DNA from: Phallusia mammillata
Taxonomy: Eukaryota
DNA length: 64,000 nt
Assembly (NCBI GenBank): GCA_965637545.1
Contig: OZ281496.1
Span: 27,900,001-27,964,000, forward strand
Direction: 5' to 3'
The position numbers and the translations under genes are program-made. This document shows, one piece after another, positions 25,101 through 37,860 of the stretch. The stretch's first letter is position 1, and the number at the start of each line of letters is the position of its first letter. The notes under the pieces were generated by a model. That model was given only the letters and a program-made list of their open reading frames with translations, ran no database searches and was not told the origin of the DNA.

Positions 25101-28100
25101 CAGGGTCGCCTATTAAAAAGTGTCAATTGTTTTTGCCTCTAGGCTTGCGAAATTTGACTAGGACTTTGTTTACGCTTCGACGTAACGCCCGTTTAACCAG
25201 TTTCGTGTCAGACCACGTTTGTTTGTCAACCTAATCCTTGACTGCTTTGAAACAAAGCGTTTCGTTCTTTAGTAAAACCCTTCATATCTCTACTGCTTTT
25301 GCATAGAACCATGGAGTATCAGCAACTGTTTTTTGTTTCTTGCGCAACTAACGATAACTTCACATGGTGTTAGAGCTAGTGTTTTAGTGGTTAAGCAGTA
25401 CGAAATTTTAGTGGTTACGCAGTACTACATACGAATGTCTAGTTGGATTTGTTGCGTATTGCGTGTTCTGTATATCTGTAATACATTTTTCCCCTTTCAA
25501 CTGTTATTCTTTTTAGCCTTACGATGCATTTGCCGATAGTTCTCTTCATACAATGGTAGTTACTATGTATGTCAATACAATAGCCTTTAAAAATCAATCA
25601 GGCTCGATTTCAGTAGGTTACTGCTTACATTCAATCAATCAGAGTTTTCACCATGACATTGCGCAATTTTTCAGGCTTTCTTGAAACGCAAACGGCAGAC
25701 GGACCAAGCATACGACATTAATAATATCGTCATCCCACACGGATTAACAACAACCCGAATTGAAAAGCTTCAGTACAAGGAAATACTTACACCTGGGTAT
25801 GTTTTTACATAAATTCGGTTTCTTTGTTCAAGGCATAACCTGGGATATGGACACCTATTCCTACGAAAATCAATAGCGTTAAGGAATGGCCACAAGAAAA
25901 ATGTTAAAATCACTACTAAAGCTAACAATTGTGCAAGGTCATTTCAGGCGTCAATAACCGCATGTAAAGTTGTGGAAATGACATATCATGCTAAAACGTC
26001 ATCTCTTGTTTTATGCTGTTCTATCTCCTTTAAAGCAGGGCCTTGGATTAAAAACTTTCTGTCTGTGAACGCCCAGAAACAGTAGTAGCTTGGCCGAAGT
26101 TTCACATCTAGTGCCAACTACGCTTGTTTGAACAACGCAAAGTGGGCAATAAAACCTTTGTATGACGGCATGGTGAATTGCGGGGTGGTACAAAGCACCG
26201 CATGTTGCCACGTGGTAACGAAGTTTTAATAAGTGAGAAATGTACTCCATGCGCAATTTATAATTTGCCGACGGTTAAGGCTATTGGGGTAGGGGTATAG
26301 GTTTGTAATACTAATATAGTTTGATCGCTTGCCTTATACCCTTTGGGGAGCTTACATGCTTTCATTAACGCATTTAACGACTTTCATTAACGCACACATT
26401 TATTTGGTCCTAACTCTGTGACTCTTTGTTTGGTTTAAAGGTATTGAACTTTAACATATATGTACAGTGCAAAGTGCAATACAAGTAGAAACATTTTTCT
26501 ATGGGCGCCAACGGGGCGCCTAAAAAATGTTTTTCGTAATATGTGTGTATGAGGCTATTACATTACGTAAGGTGAATTTCTCCATGTATTACAAGCACTG
26601 CATATAGAACCACCCTAAAATGAAAATTGCGTTACATAACCGTGTTTTTTTTTTGTTTTATTAGTTGGAGACCAGCCGCCGACGAAAAACAACAGGCCGA
26701 TTCATCGGGCAAAGGTAATATAGCATCCCACGCTCTTGTATCCGGCAGTTAATATTCCCAGCACTGTGCGCGTGCAATATGCTGCCGTTATTGGCTCATG
26801 TTGTATTTGCAAACACTAAATAAAATCCTGTACCAGTCAGCTAGCCCTTCAACGTGCTGTATTTTAATCCAGCTTGCTTGGTAAAATTGCATGGAACGAC
26901 CACATTTTCTACTTTTTGAATTGCATTAAGGGTAAAATTATATTAAAAACGAAATTTTCTCACTTATTTGCCAAGCTGACCGGAACGCGTGGCACGGTTT
27001 AACGTTTTTTCTTACGTAGCCATTCTACAGCTGTCACAAACCTATTTTTAGTACAGACCCATTGGGCTTACATCACATAGCATGCTGCAAAACGTTTCAA
27101 ATTTTAAGTTTATGTCCTCCGTATTCCCCCAAACACTAGTAAATACTACACACTATATTTATCCACAGTAAAATGCTGGTTAATCTTCCAAATTCCGGTG
27201 TTGTTTATTTTCTGGCCATAAATAGTGGAATGTAATGTTTTATGACCAGTATAATCGAAAGCGTTTTATTCAAAGAACTGTGTACCTTTCATGCCTCACA
27301 TTCAATCTAGTAATGTAGAAACGCCAAAAAAGCCACAAAGGACTGCTGCACCTGGTTAAGACAAAACATTAATTTAACAAACCAGCACATTGCCAATTAG
27401 AAGAAAGTGTGTAGGATTTCAGTTTTTCTTTGGATTACTACAGTAGTGTGCCCATATAAACTTACACACATCATCTGTGCATGCATTTTGGCCAGTTATG
27501 TTGAAGTACTACGCTATGCTTTGTTTGGTGCGACATGTAAGATTTTAGTGGTTGTATTGTGTCAGTTAAACTTTGCTAAACAACAATGTAAAACCAGCTT
27601 AAATATTAAAGTTAATTGTTCTTGTGCAGCTAACAGCGACGTTGAAGAACTGACCGACGCTGAATTTCGTGTCAGGCATGATCACTATGAGATTATGGAG
27701 AAGAAAAAGTACATGGCTTATATGGAATGGAGCATGAACAAAAAGAACGGCACAAGGTACAGAAAATCATATCTACATGTGTATGTATTGGACAGCATAC
27801 AAACTAACGCCAATTGTTATTGAATTGTCGCCTTTTTAGGTCAATGAGTCGGGCCAATATGTTGTCGGACGCTGCCCACTCTTTCCATTTTCCTCCGTCG
27901 ATTCGTTCCAGTCCATTGACTCACGTGACGTCACCGGATCCGAGCTCTCCTGGAAGTCCAGAACTTAACCCGTCAATGATAGCTGGTGGGTTACCCAATG
28001 GCCAACAATGTGTCATGAAGTTGAACGTACTGAAAGGGTCCGAACTGCAATCCCCGTGTTATCGATCGGCTTATTGCGTTGCGTGCCCCGACTATTAACA

Positions 28101-29173
28101 CATTACAACAAATTGCTTGCATTTTTTACTCGTTTTTGCTGGTAGGGTATTTGACACCCTGCTATTTGAAGAACTTAAATGAACAAACGTAACTGCAACA
28201 CAAATTTATTGCCGAACTATGCTGACATTTTTCAGTTTGTGGTCAAAGACATTGTTTTCTATTTGCCTATGCGTCGTTTAACATATTATTGGTGGAACAC
28301 CGTTTGACTACCTTATCTTGGTCTATCTAGTTGTTATTAGAGCAATAAAACTGTTTTATTTCTTAATTATCGGCATTTTAACTACAAATCTCGTTGAAAT
28401 TAGGCATCCGAACTCGACGAACATCATCGGACCAGTTTCGACCACCGAGTTTTGACAGCACGACGACTTCGCCTTCCGCCATCGTGACACCCCGTGAGCG
28501 ACACGCATCGTCCGCTGACGAAGGAGCCTCGTCCTCCCGTCAAAGCGGCGAGTGGCATCCGATCTGGGAGCCTCGCAACTTTCCTCTTAACGACGTTGAC
28601 TACGAGGAGCTGATGAAGAAACCCGTAGTCCCGGATGTACAACCTCCAAGGCCGCAACACGATGGGGAATCACCGGAGACGCGGTTCCGCCCCATTAGTC
28701 ACCACTCAAGCGTGGACACTAACACCGCGCCGAGGCACCGCGGTTCGTCCAAGCACGAAAGCGGTTCGACGCGCAAACGCCCGCGTACTTCGTCGTTGCT
28801 TTCGCGCGATGAAGAACGCTACAGCGACGAATCCGTATCGTCGTCGCATTCGTACCGGCGTCAAGCGCATCCCCAAACTCGCAAAGACGAACTACACATC
28901 GCGGGTTCGAATCCCACACCGGTCGCCGCCGCTCTGCCAAAAAGGCACAAGCCTAACCTGAAAGATGATTTCTATTTTTACAGCGATTTAGATTCGGACA
29001 TTGGTAGTGAAACAGAATCGGTAGCCAGCGATGACGAAGACGCCGTATTGATTTCGGACGGTGAGATGCCCAGTCAGTGGACCGGCTGTCCCGTGGTTCT
29101 GCCAAGTTTGGGTCCAAAAGACCACCAAGATAACGTCAAAGTCCCTTTGGTCATGACGTTCCGAAGAAAGTAG
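16176..29173 (+). CDS. KANSL1: KAT8 regulatory NSL complex subunit 1 (MSL1v1)
   Basis: Exons placed: 16176-16319, 16403-16607, 16809-18209, 18357-18537, 18815-18956, 19587-19646, 19751-19857, 20245-20316, 20529-20667, 21633-21807, 25675-25796, 26665-26714, 27630-27756, 27840-27985, 28404-29173. One or more exons between 21808 and 25674 are unresolved. Diagnostic motifs: [52 protein letters not shown]...[20 protein letters not shown]-like [21 protein letters not shown]. Confidence 0.93.
18975..19347. mobile_element. hAT-type MITE with TAGGGATG ends
   Basis: TIR TAGGGATG / CATCCCTA; 8-bp TSD TTTATTAT at 18967-18974 and 19348-19355; repeated internal CCGAGCAC/GCTCGG motifs. Confidence 0.85.
20843..21432 (+). 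mobile_element. Deleted Charlie/Buster-type hAT derivative with a transposase N-terminal remnant
   Basis: 8-bp TSD CCCTAGGA at 20835-20842 and 21433-21440. The right TIR TTTGAGAACCACTG is intact; the left is cut to CAGTGGT. Internal remnant [27 protein letters not shown] resembles the BED-finger start of Charlie-like transposases. Confidence 0.8.
23528..23648. mobile_element. Short fold-back insertion, relative of the hammerhead element at 50227-50356
   Basis: Inverted arms ACTGCCAAGGAACTG / CAGTTCCTTGGCAGT; 13-bp TSD TAGGCATAACTTT at 23515-23527 and 23649-23661; both arms align to 50227-50315. Confidence 0.75.
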
Positions 29174-30419
29174 TTGCTTCGCATTTTTCAGGTGGTTCTT
29201 TTTCAACAGTTCCTCTTGTCTGTTCATCTGCGAGGAACCACCTGCCACGTCACTGCCACATGAGGCGCAAGAGAGCGAAAACCTGACAGAAAGCTGTATA
29301 TTGTAAAAGTCCCGGGATATATATGTGTGTGCTGCCTTTATGAATAAGTTTGGTTTCTGTACGAGAGGATCGTTAGTTACCTTACAATCACCCCCTCTCC
29401 GGGGAAAATTCATCTTCAAAGCGTTTTCTATAGGGTCATTTAGGCGTAGCACCGTGTGTTGTATATGAACAGGTAGCTGCGATAAAGTGTTCGGGCCGCG
29501 TTCGGTTGTTTCGCCTTACACTTGGCTGCCGTGCGTTCGCCTACTTGTGTTTTTCTCTTCTGGCTTCTCTCCCTATTTTTTCACGTTTCAATAAACAAGC
29601 AGCTTGTTCGTTGCATCTTTTCACCCGCCGTTCGCTCAATTTTATATCACATTGCAGAATGTACTGTTCAGGTTTTTATTTGCAAGATGCTGAAAGCCTA
29701 AAGTGAGAAGCAGAGGTTTGAGGATGGTACAACGACCAATATTTTGACGTGCTCATACAGCTTACAAAAAAACCTTCGCGGATCAGTGTATGTTACCCAA
29801 CTGCGCACATCTAATTTTGCTCCAACCGGTTTGTCCCTTGTACTACTGCAGTTGAAGCAGCCGAATGTAGTGGAACATATCAGAGAATAGGATTAATGCC
29901 AATAGAAAACATGGTATTCTGCACGAATTTTTCATTTCAATCTCCCGATAATTCAGCTTACTTGTGTCTGTTACCATTCAAACGCAAGTACCTGGATAAT
30001 TTAGTAGCCAACATCTGATCTACATTAAACATTTATTGGTTTACAACAGTTGATTTGTTGACTGAAGATGAGATTTGTTGATCTCTCACAATTCGTTATG
30101 TTATGTGTGATAACACCTAGGATTCCATTATGAAACAGAAGCAAGTGTGGAAAAAGGCTTGAAGAGTTGGATTTAATATAGTGACTTGAAACTGATGTTG
30201 TTCAAGTAGAATTCATGTAATTTGTTTTGACCAATCTAATCCGCACCGAGCACCATCACTAAACTAATAATCGATTGGTCACACGACGCCCACCTTAAAA
30301 TAACTGAAGCAAGAGTTTATTGTTTACTTGTAACGTAATGATTCCGGTCCAAACACTACAAACCAACACACATAAGGAACCTGTCTTTACAATATACCGG
30401 AACAGTGGGACAGTCGAGA

Positions 30420-33400
30420 ATGCCAGGTTTTTATCTTTTTGTAACGGTGTTAGTGACCTTGGCTTTGTGTCTGGCTGGTTGTACAGCAGAAGGTAGGAAA
30501 CTAGCAAAACTTGAAGGTGCGAAATAATGCTTCTAAGATACGTTTTTTTTGCTCTCAGAGCCTGTCACACTTACTATAAACATTACGGATTATGGCGGCC
30601 TTTCACTGGAAGACATCATGAAAATTCTAGTTGAACATTTCTCTGGGGTGAATACGAGCTTCGTGGTAACTGGTAAGTTCCAAGTAATCACCAAATTTGC
30701 CACTAAACGTGTCAACACCATATTCTACATTTCTTAGATGTTGATGAATGTTCAGAAGACTCGCTCAATAACTGTCACATGGATGCCCAGTGTAATAACT
30801 CCCCCGGATCGTATCAGTGTAGTTGCCAAGCTGGCTTTACTGGCGACGGTGTAAATTGCAGTGCATTCTATTCAGGTATGAAATGACTATTGGTCCGAGT
30901 TTTTGATGGCTTTGTTGAAGTATTTCAAATCTGTATGCATGTTTTTGGGGGTTGAGATCAGTTTGCTTCGGATAGTTATGGCATAAGCTTGGATTTGGTT
31001 TCTGACTTAATTAAAAGTTGGCATTTGCTTTCAACACACAATAGACAACATTTTTGATCCATAGAACCAACAACTGATGAAGCGATTACTTTTTCCGAAT
31101 CCATGACAACTTCTTCTGCAATGGAAGAAACCACATCAATGACTTTCGTCCATACAGAACACACTGAAGATTCTTCCACAGAATCCGTTATAATGCAGTC
31201 AGATTCTACACCCTTGGACGACACAAGCACTATAGACATGATAAGTGACACTGATAGTATGACGACTAACCTACCATCAGCCACTGAATCGATTGAACAT
31301 GTTTCTGTTGCAACACTATACGACGGCACAACAGAAGGTACAACACTTAATGCCACATCAAACCCAATTGAACCATTGATTATTGTAGAAGCAACAAGTG
31401 AACACTCTGTCGTTGACCATGCCTCTTTAATGTCTTTCCCACCCGAAACAAGTGACGGAACCTTTAACAATGAGTCCAGTGGTACAGAACCATTCAGTAC
31501 CACACCCATTGACAATGAACTCACAACTATTGAAGACACAAGTCACTCTACGGCAGACCGGGTCGAGATAACCGAAATTCCGCCTGTTGCTACTGCGAAC
31601 GTTGAAGAAGAAAGCGGGTTTACAACAACGATTTTTGAAAGCGAAAGTAAAGCAACGATTGAGGAAACAGAAGGCACATATGCAGCCACTGGTATAGGGG
31701 AATTTGCAATCACAGTTAAAGACTCTGATGTTACAATGACTACAGATGCGTCGGATACAATTTCCACTGACATTACCACAGAAAGTTTGGTAAAAACAAT
31801 CTTACCAGAAGAAAATCAAAGTACTTTACAAGATGCATCCTTAACCACAGAACGCTTGTCTGGCTTAACCGATACGGTCACTTCAAACCCCGAAACTGTA
31901 GGGTATGTTGTCACAATGGCAGAAGAGCTTACTCCCAACACGAATATGCGTGCAGAGGTATCAGTTGGTTCTGAGGAACAAACAACATTACTAGATGGCG
32001 GTACAACACTGGTTACGGCGAGTGTGGATACAGTTGGCACGATAACAAATACAGAAAACTATCCAACAGATGAAACGCATACAAGCGGTGTTACAAATAC
32101 TGATGCTTTAGATATAGATTCATTGGATGTAGTAAGTAGTGATCCAAGTTGTGCAACTTTAATCGAAGAAGCGTTGACCCAAACGAAAGATTCTACATCA
32201 ATGGATTCTGTTGCAGTTACTTCTGTCACTGAATCGATAACTTCCGAAGTCCATACGGCAACGCCAATGGTAGGGGCATCTTCTGTGACAAACGTAGAAA
32301 GCATAATGACAACAGAAAACCCAGAGATTTTAATTTCCGATGAAACATCAACTACAGACACCAGTTTAAACTCAGCCGAAAGTGTTACAACCGAGAACAC
32401 CATGGTCGTTGCAACAGATTTAGCCACGGATGAATCAGTATCATCAACTAGCGAAGGAGCGACTGTTTTTGCAACTAGTGAAAATATGACAAGAGACAGA
32501 GTTGATGACTTTGCTGTTGACATGACTACAGAACCATTTGGGGAAGTAGTAACAGATACGATTGCACCTGCTACCGTTTTAAATTCAAAATCAATTACTG
32601 ATTCGGTATTTACAGGAAGTATGGAAGATGTTTCTTCAGCGGAACTTACTTCTACAATAATATCTTCTTCTGCAAATACGGAAACATATTCGATGGCGGA
32701 TGAACGCACTGTTTCCTCCACTGAGTCAGACATCAGTGTTATTACAGTAAGTGTCGAGGACCCAAGCGTATCTTTCCTTAACGACGTGGCAACCAGTGCC
32801 TCCGCGATAGACCTAAAAACAAACAATGCAACTCCACCTACAACTGCAATGGAAGACAACAAAATTGAAGCAACTAATGCATCAGTATTAGAGGATGCAA
32901 CTGTAAACCCGAACACAACAAGTTTGGGGATTGTTTTGGAGGCTGAAACTGAAGCCAATACAATGGCTGACATTGATGGGCTTGCCACAGAGAAAACTTC
33001 CACTTTGGTGGATTTCGAAAGCACCACTGCAACAGTTTATACCCATGACTTGAATACTGATTTTGTGGACATGGTTTCGACGAATATACCGAGCTTAACA
33101 GAAACTGCACCCGGTTCTGATCAAGAAACTACTTCTGTGGCAAAGGAAATAACTTCTGACACTGACATGCCTGTCGTCCTTGCTGACACCGACACGACAC
33201 CTGGAACTGAGAAACACGCAGGGACAGTTGACACCTTAGCGGCTGACAACGGCACTGCTAGGGCAACTACATATTCAAATATACATTACGCTTCTGACAC
33301 TACTACTTTGACTTATGCAAATGAGGATGAATACACACGTGTTACAGAAACTTCAGTCTTTGAATCGGACATGAACCCAAGTACATATGCCGACGAAATA

Positions 33401-33877
33401 ACAGAGGGAGTGACTGGAAAAGATGTCTCTTCTACTTCTGTGCAATCTGAAACCGAAGTTGATTTAACAACTGAAGGTCAATCTAACATCGAAACCAGCC
33501 AGGCATCCTCTTTCGGTGTACTTATTTCCACTATAATCGCACATTCTGCGTCTGCACATACTTCAAGCGTGGCACCAAGTGTTGCCAATATAACATCAAT
33601 GGAATCAAACACAGATAACATCACCATGTCGTCTTTGAATACCACAAGCTCCATGTCCCAACCTACACCCGCTGCCGATACTGGTTTACATCCGGGATAC
33701 ATTGTTACCATAGTACTTGCCGTTGTAATCGCTGGCATGTCTGGTGTAATGTTCTATCGCTATTGGCAAGCCAGAAAACTGTTAAGAAGGGGAGCTTATG
33801 ATGTAACGTCAAGTATTAATGTTTTTGATCCAGCTCAAGGGGTGACAGGAACGAATGCAAACAAATTTCTTCGTTAA
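30420..33877 (+). CDS. Type-I membrane protein with signal peptide, one calcium-binding EGF domain, long acidic Ser/Thr mucin-like stalk, TM helix and short tail; about 1045 aa
   Basis: Phase-1 exons 30420-30492 ([24 protein letters not shown]), 30559-30672, 30738-30875 ([41 protein letters not shown]) and 31065-33877, which ends in [22 protein letters not shown] and a 39-aa tail. Confidence 0.88.
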
Positions 33878-34347
33878 CTTGTAACTGTTTGTGGAGACAT
33901 GTGTTGATTAATCTACTTGTACTCTTATATATCAATACGCCAATTCTGCTAATTTGAATGCTTTGTATTGATTTTCCGCTCAAAGTATTTATTGCCTTGA
34001 ATCATTCATTTCTTTTGTGATTTTACACTTCTTTTGTGATTCTGAACACGTCTGTCTGTTGAAGAATGTTTGTCATTAACTATTACTTCTCAGGAGATAC
34101 ATCCTTAAATACTAATTTTTTTAAAATTCGAAAATAACATCAGCTAAACCAGCAAAGATAACAACGTAGTCAGTTTTACTCATGATTTGTAATCATATAG
34201 CAGAAGTAAATCGTTTTTCAAGAGCATGTGAAGATACAAGCAACAAAAGTGGCATGAAATCATAAAAGCCCTCTTTATCACAAAATAATTGCACAGCGAG
34301 CGAATAATCACAGTGGCTACAAAAAACACAACACTTGATTTACAGAA

Positions 34348-35750
34348 TCACGTCTTGACTTCGTAAACGTAATTTGGGTTGTCGACTCCTTTGACTTTAC
34401 TTGCCTCGATTTTGTCAGTCCTGTGAGCAATCAGAGATGCAGCAACCACCAGAAGAACACTTAGACCCATTGATACCCAACCAATAATAAACGAATACCC
34501 CGGCTTTCCAACGTATATGTGAGTTTTTGCGGTATAAACAGCCATTCCGACTGTTTGGCAAAGCGCTGTAAAAAACACCAAAATGAAATGTATTAGGTTT
34601 TTCAGTCATATTACAACTTAAGCTTCAGTAAAGACAAGGGCTTGATGAAGTTTGCCCCGGTGTGTCATTAACAGACAACTTGGGGATGCGTAACTATGCA
34701 TTCAACGTGTGCAAGTTTTCCGTCGATAATATGCGTGGTTAAGCTGACATGCATCAGTGTATATAGGTAATGTAAAACTGATGTATTTTCGCAGAGAAGG
34801 CGTTTCAACTTAATGGTATACTGCTGTCTATGTTTATTTGCTTAGTTTTTTTCTTATTCAGATCCCCCTAAACAGTAATGAACAGCATTTGCAAAACAAA
34901 TAAGTCACTGCATACGGCAACTTGCTTGTGAAGTGTTTATTGGGATATTTTAGCCCTTGACCCTGTAAGTTATGCGCCAACATTTAACAAAACGACACAT
35001 AGGTAATTTTCTGTGTTACAAAGTATTGAAGCCATTGTTTTGGACACAGCATATTTTAAATAACCTCCTTGAACATCAAGGCCCAAAATCAACGCATAAG
35101 CTTACCTGCTATGGCAAATGAAGATGCTGCAGCTTTCATTGTCCGCGTGATGGCGTAACTGCACATAAAAAGTAAACAACACAAAACTGCAACACCCAAT
35201 AACGCCGCCCCTCCCGCAAGCAGTACCTTCACAGTACAGTAAGTTTGGTTTTCTGCGCAAAAAGATAGAACAAGTTAAAAAACGGTAATGTAGGGACTTT
35301 AACGTTGTCAACTAAGCTTAGCCCATGAAATCAGCAGAATAGGATAAATATTAGTTTTTGTTGTGGCCCGCAATACTAAGACATTCATGATGTGATTATT
35401 GCCACATTCAATTTACAAAGGGTATATGTTATCTCAGATGTACATCAAAAGGAATGGTACTCCAAATGTCGCAGTCCATTTACATTGTAACAGTTATGAT
35501 GAACGGATAGTTATTATGGCATTTGTTCAATTATAATGAGAACAAACTGGTAAAAATAAATAGGGAAAACTGACTGCTAAAAGTATTGCTTTGGTTGCGT
35601 AAAAGTTTTTTTGGTTGCTAACTCACCTGTGCATGGCTGTAAAACTCCACTGTCAGCAAACTTTATCCATTCATGAGTAAGCAAAGCAATTAAACTGAGG
35701 GCCAAGTTGGCAATGGCGAAACTGCCAATACACAACCCCAGCAGTTGCAT
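34348..35750 (-). CDS. PMP22/EMP/claudin-superfamily tetraspan protein, copy A (162 aa)
   Basis: Exons 35750-35627, 35252-35106, 34565-34348, both introns phase 1. Four hydrophobic segments; the first loop is W..FADSGVLQPC...C and TM4 is preceded by GYSFIIGW. Confidence 0.85.
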
Positions 35751-36057
35751 TGCTTCGACGTTCCTTTAGTTATTTGACCCTACAACGCTACAACACTATC
35801 GGTTTGACTGTAAAGCACCTGGGATAAGTATTGAATAGACATGTCAATTATCATAACACCCCGCATGTAAAAGCTTATGACTGAAACTTATATTTTTTAT
35901 GTGTTGGCTTTAGTGACCTTTTATACTGACATTAGCTGTGTCAAAAAATAAACCTGCAAACCCAGTAAGTGTACTGGATTTGACAAAGCCGCAAACCCAA
36001 ACGAACCCACTAAGTGCATATCTTACATCTAAAACCATATATATAGCTATCACACTT

Positions 36058-36324
36058 GTATGGTGGCCTATGAGTGCCACCTAAAAAACATGACATTAAA
36101 ATAGAAAATTAACTTAAAATAGCGAAGTAATTTGAAAACTCAAATGAAAATTCAAATAAAATTGATTTGTAAAACGAAAAGTGATTTGAAAATAAAAATC
36201 ACTTTTAATTCACAAATCAATTTTATTTGAATTTTCATTTGAGTTTTCAAATTACTTCGCTATTTTAAGTTAATTTTCTATTTTAATGTCATGTTTTTTA
36301 GGTGGCACTCATAGGCCACCATAC
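36058..36324. repeat. Near-perfect 267-bp palindrome, MITE-like
   Basis: Arms begin GTATGGTGGCCTATGAGTGCCACCTAAAAAACATGAC and match for about 115 bp; flanked by ACTT on both sides (possible 4-bp TSD). Confidence 0.85.
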
Positions 36325-36609
36325 ACTTGCTAACTTTGAAACCTAAGCTCAGAGTGGACGTATGATTTCTAGTCATGTCGAGTTAGTACTTTCGTGATGT
36401 CATTAAAAAGAAAGTCTTTCGAGAGAACTGCTTCTTATGTTCGTGCGTTTAGTCGCAATAACTTTATTCGGTTTAAGTTTTCGGTTACGTCAGCACGCAC
36501 AAACGAAACCATAACAACTTGCATGCAGTTTTCGGCCACAATTGGTCATGATTTTTTCTGCTAAAATCCTGATGGAAATAACTGTATGGACTCTTGCTAT
36601 AGCCTCACG

Positions 36610-36924
36610 CAGTGTTTTTTTAAAGGTGTTTTGGGGGACCGAAACGGTCCCCCAAATTTCTCCAGCGGTTTCCCAAAATTTGCCAGTAGCCTAATAAATA
36701 ATTCGTTTAAGCAAATATGGCTATTTTTTGGTATTTAAATGAAACACTTGCGGTCTCTTAAAACTACTTAGCGGTCACCCAAACCAAACTTGGCCGAATG
36801 GTCCGGCGCGCCTGACCCATATACAGACATAAAAAACCTGATCGGGATTCGGCCCCGGGAGAGTCCTGGGTTCGAACCCCGTGAAAAAAAAAAAAAAAAA
36901 AAAAAAAAAACTTAAAAAACCCTG
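36610..36924. mobile_element. hAT-type MITE interrupted by a SINE
   Basis: Ends CAGTGTTTTTTTAA / TTAAAAAACCCTG; TSD GCCTCACG (36602-36609) versus GCCTCACC (36925-36932). Confidence 0.7.
36790..36910 (+). mobile_element. tRNA-derived SINE with poly(A) tail
   Basis: A box TGGCCGAATGG, B box GGTTCGAACCC, 27-nt A tail; second copy at 50452-50564 on the minus strand. Confidence 0.8.
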
Positions 36925-37689
36925 GCCTCACCAATGTCACCGAAACTATTGGATCTATATACAGATTTCTGTTTCGCTCTAAAGATGTACATGTTTAAAG
37001 ACTTATCGGGCCAGTATTTTAGCGATACCATTCAATAAGAAATCTTCCCAAAAACTGCTGATCAGTTTTGACATTAAGTGTAACTTTAAACTTTCCAGAT
37101 TAATTAGAATCCCTGACTGAAATAACTGTAACTGTATGACTCATAAATTTTTAGTGCGAACTATTTGTAGTTTAGTCACCGTATGTGCAAGCCATATGTC
37201 ATCTACATTTCATATTTGTACAAATAAGTTCACAATCTGCAACTAAACTTAACCCATCGGTAGGTTACAAACTGCACAAAAGCTTGACAACACATACCAT
37301 CAAACGTTTGGTGCTGTACAATTCTCTGTTTTGTACTAAACCACAAATGCATTCAGTAACGACAGTCGCCTTTATCGTATTAGTTAAACATTGTCCGATG
37401 TTAAATGCCTAAAAACCTGCAAGCGTAAACACAATGACGCGGAAACAAACACAAAAGCCATTGTAAAGCAACTGGGAGATCATATGACTTGAGTCCAATG
37501 CATTGGCAGTACGGGGCGCGATTTTTATCACACGTGACCAGTTGTGCTTCTTACGTGTGAAATAACGAAGTTGTCTAAAACTCACTTTTGAACGAGCTTT
37601 ATGCATTCGAACATATTTCTTACTGAGAATGGAAAATCTACTTTAAATGAGAGAATCAGTTACTAAATATGTTTGTTTTTCAATTTATT

Positions 37690-37860
37690 TCGCTTGGTGA
37701 AAGAAAACATAGCAACACAGTTGCACCCAAACAATCACCAAGCCGGAAATATCTGTGCAACGTTTAGAAACGTTATGTAGCGCCAAAAAGTGATTGGCAC
37801 AATTGGTGGATACACTAGCTAGCTAAACGCCCTGCAGCTACACTGTGTTATAAAGCGATA
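37690..37860. repeat. Dispersed repeat, inverted copy of about 46330-46490
   Basis: Shared core CACCAAGCCGGAAATA(T/G)CTG(T/C)GCAACGTT...CAATTGGTGGA...AAACGC(C/G)CTG(C/T)AGCTACAC. Confidence 0.6.

Noticed and set aside
28988-29452. 154-aa minus-strand ORF overlapping the KANSL1 3' end
   Set aside because: No recognisable motif or splice context; overlaps a confident sense exon.
29590-29690. Poly(A) signal followed closely by splice acceptors, suggesting an operon-like KANSL1 to mucin junction
   Set aside because: Such words are common in AT-rich DNA, and there is no spliced-leader or transcript evidence.
32059-33027. 322-aa minus-strand ORF and other antisense ORFs over the mucin exon
   Set aside because: These are shadow ORFs: Thr/Ser/Asp/Glu-rich codons rarely create stops on the opposite strand, and the product is a mirror Val/Ser-rich sequence.
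37409-37606. Exon-like segment ending FTLAG, similar to exon 2 ends in the claudin-like genes
   Set aside because: Not hydrophobic enough, weak donor, no matching exon 1 or 3.
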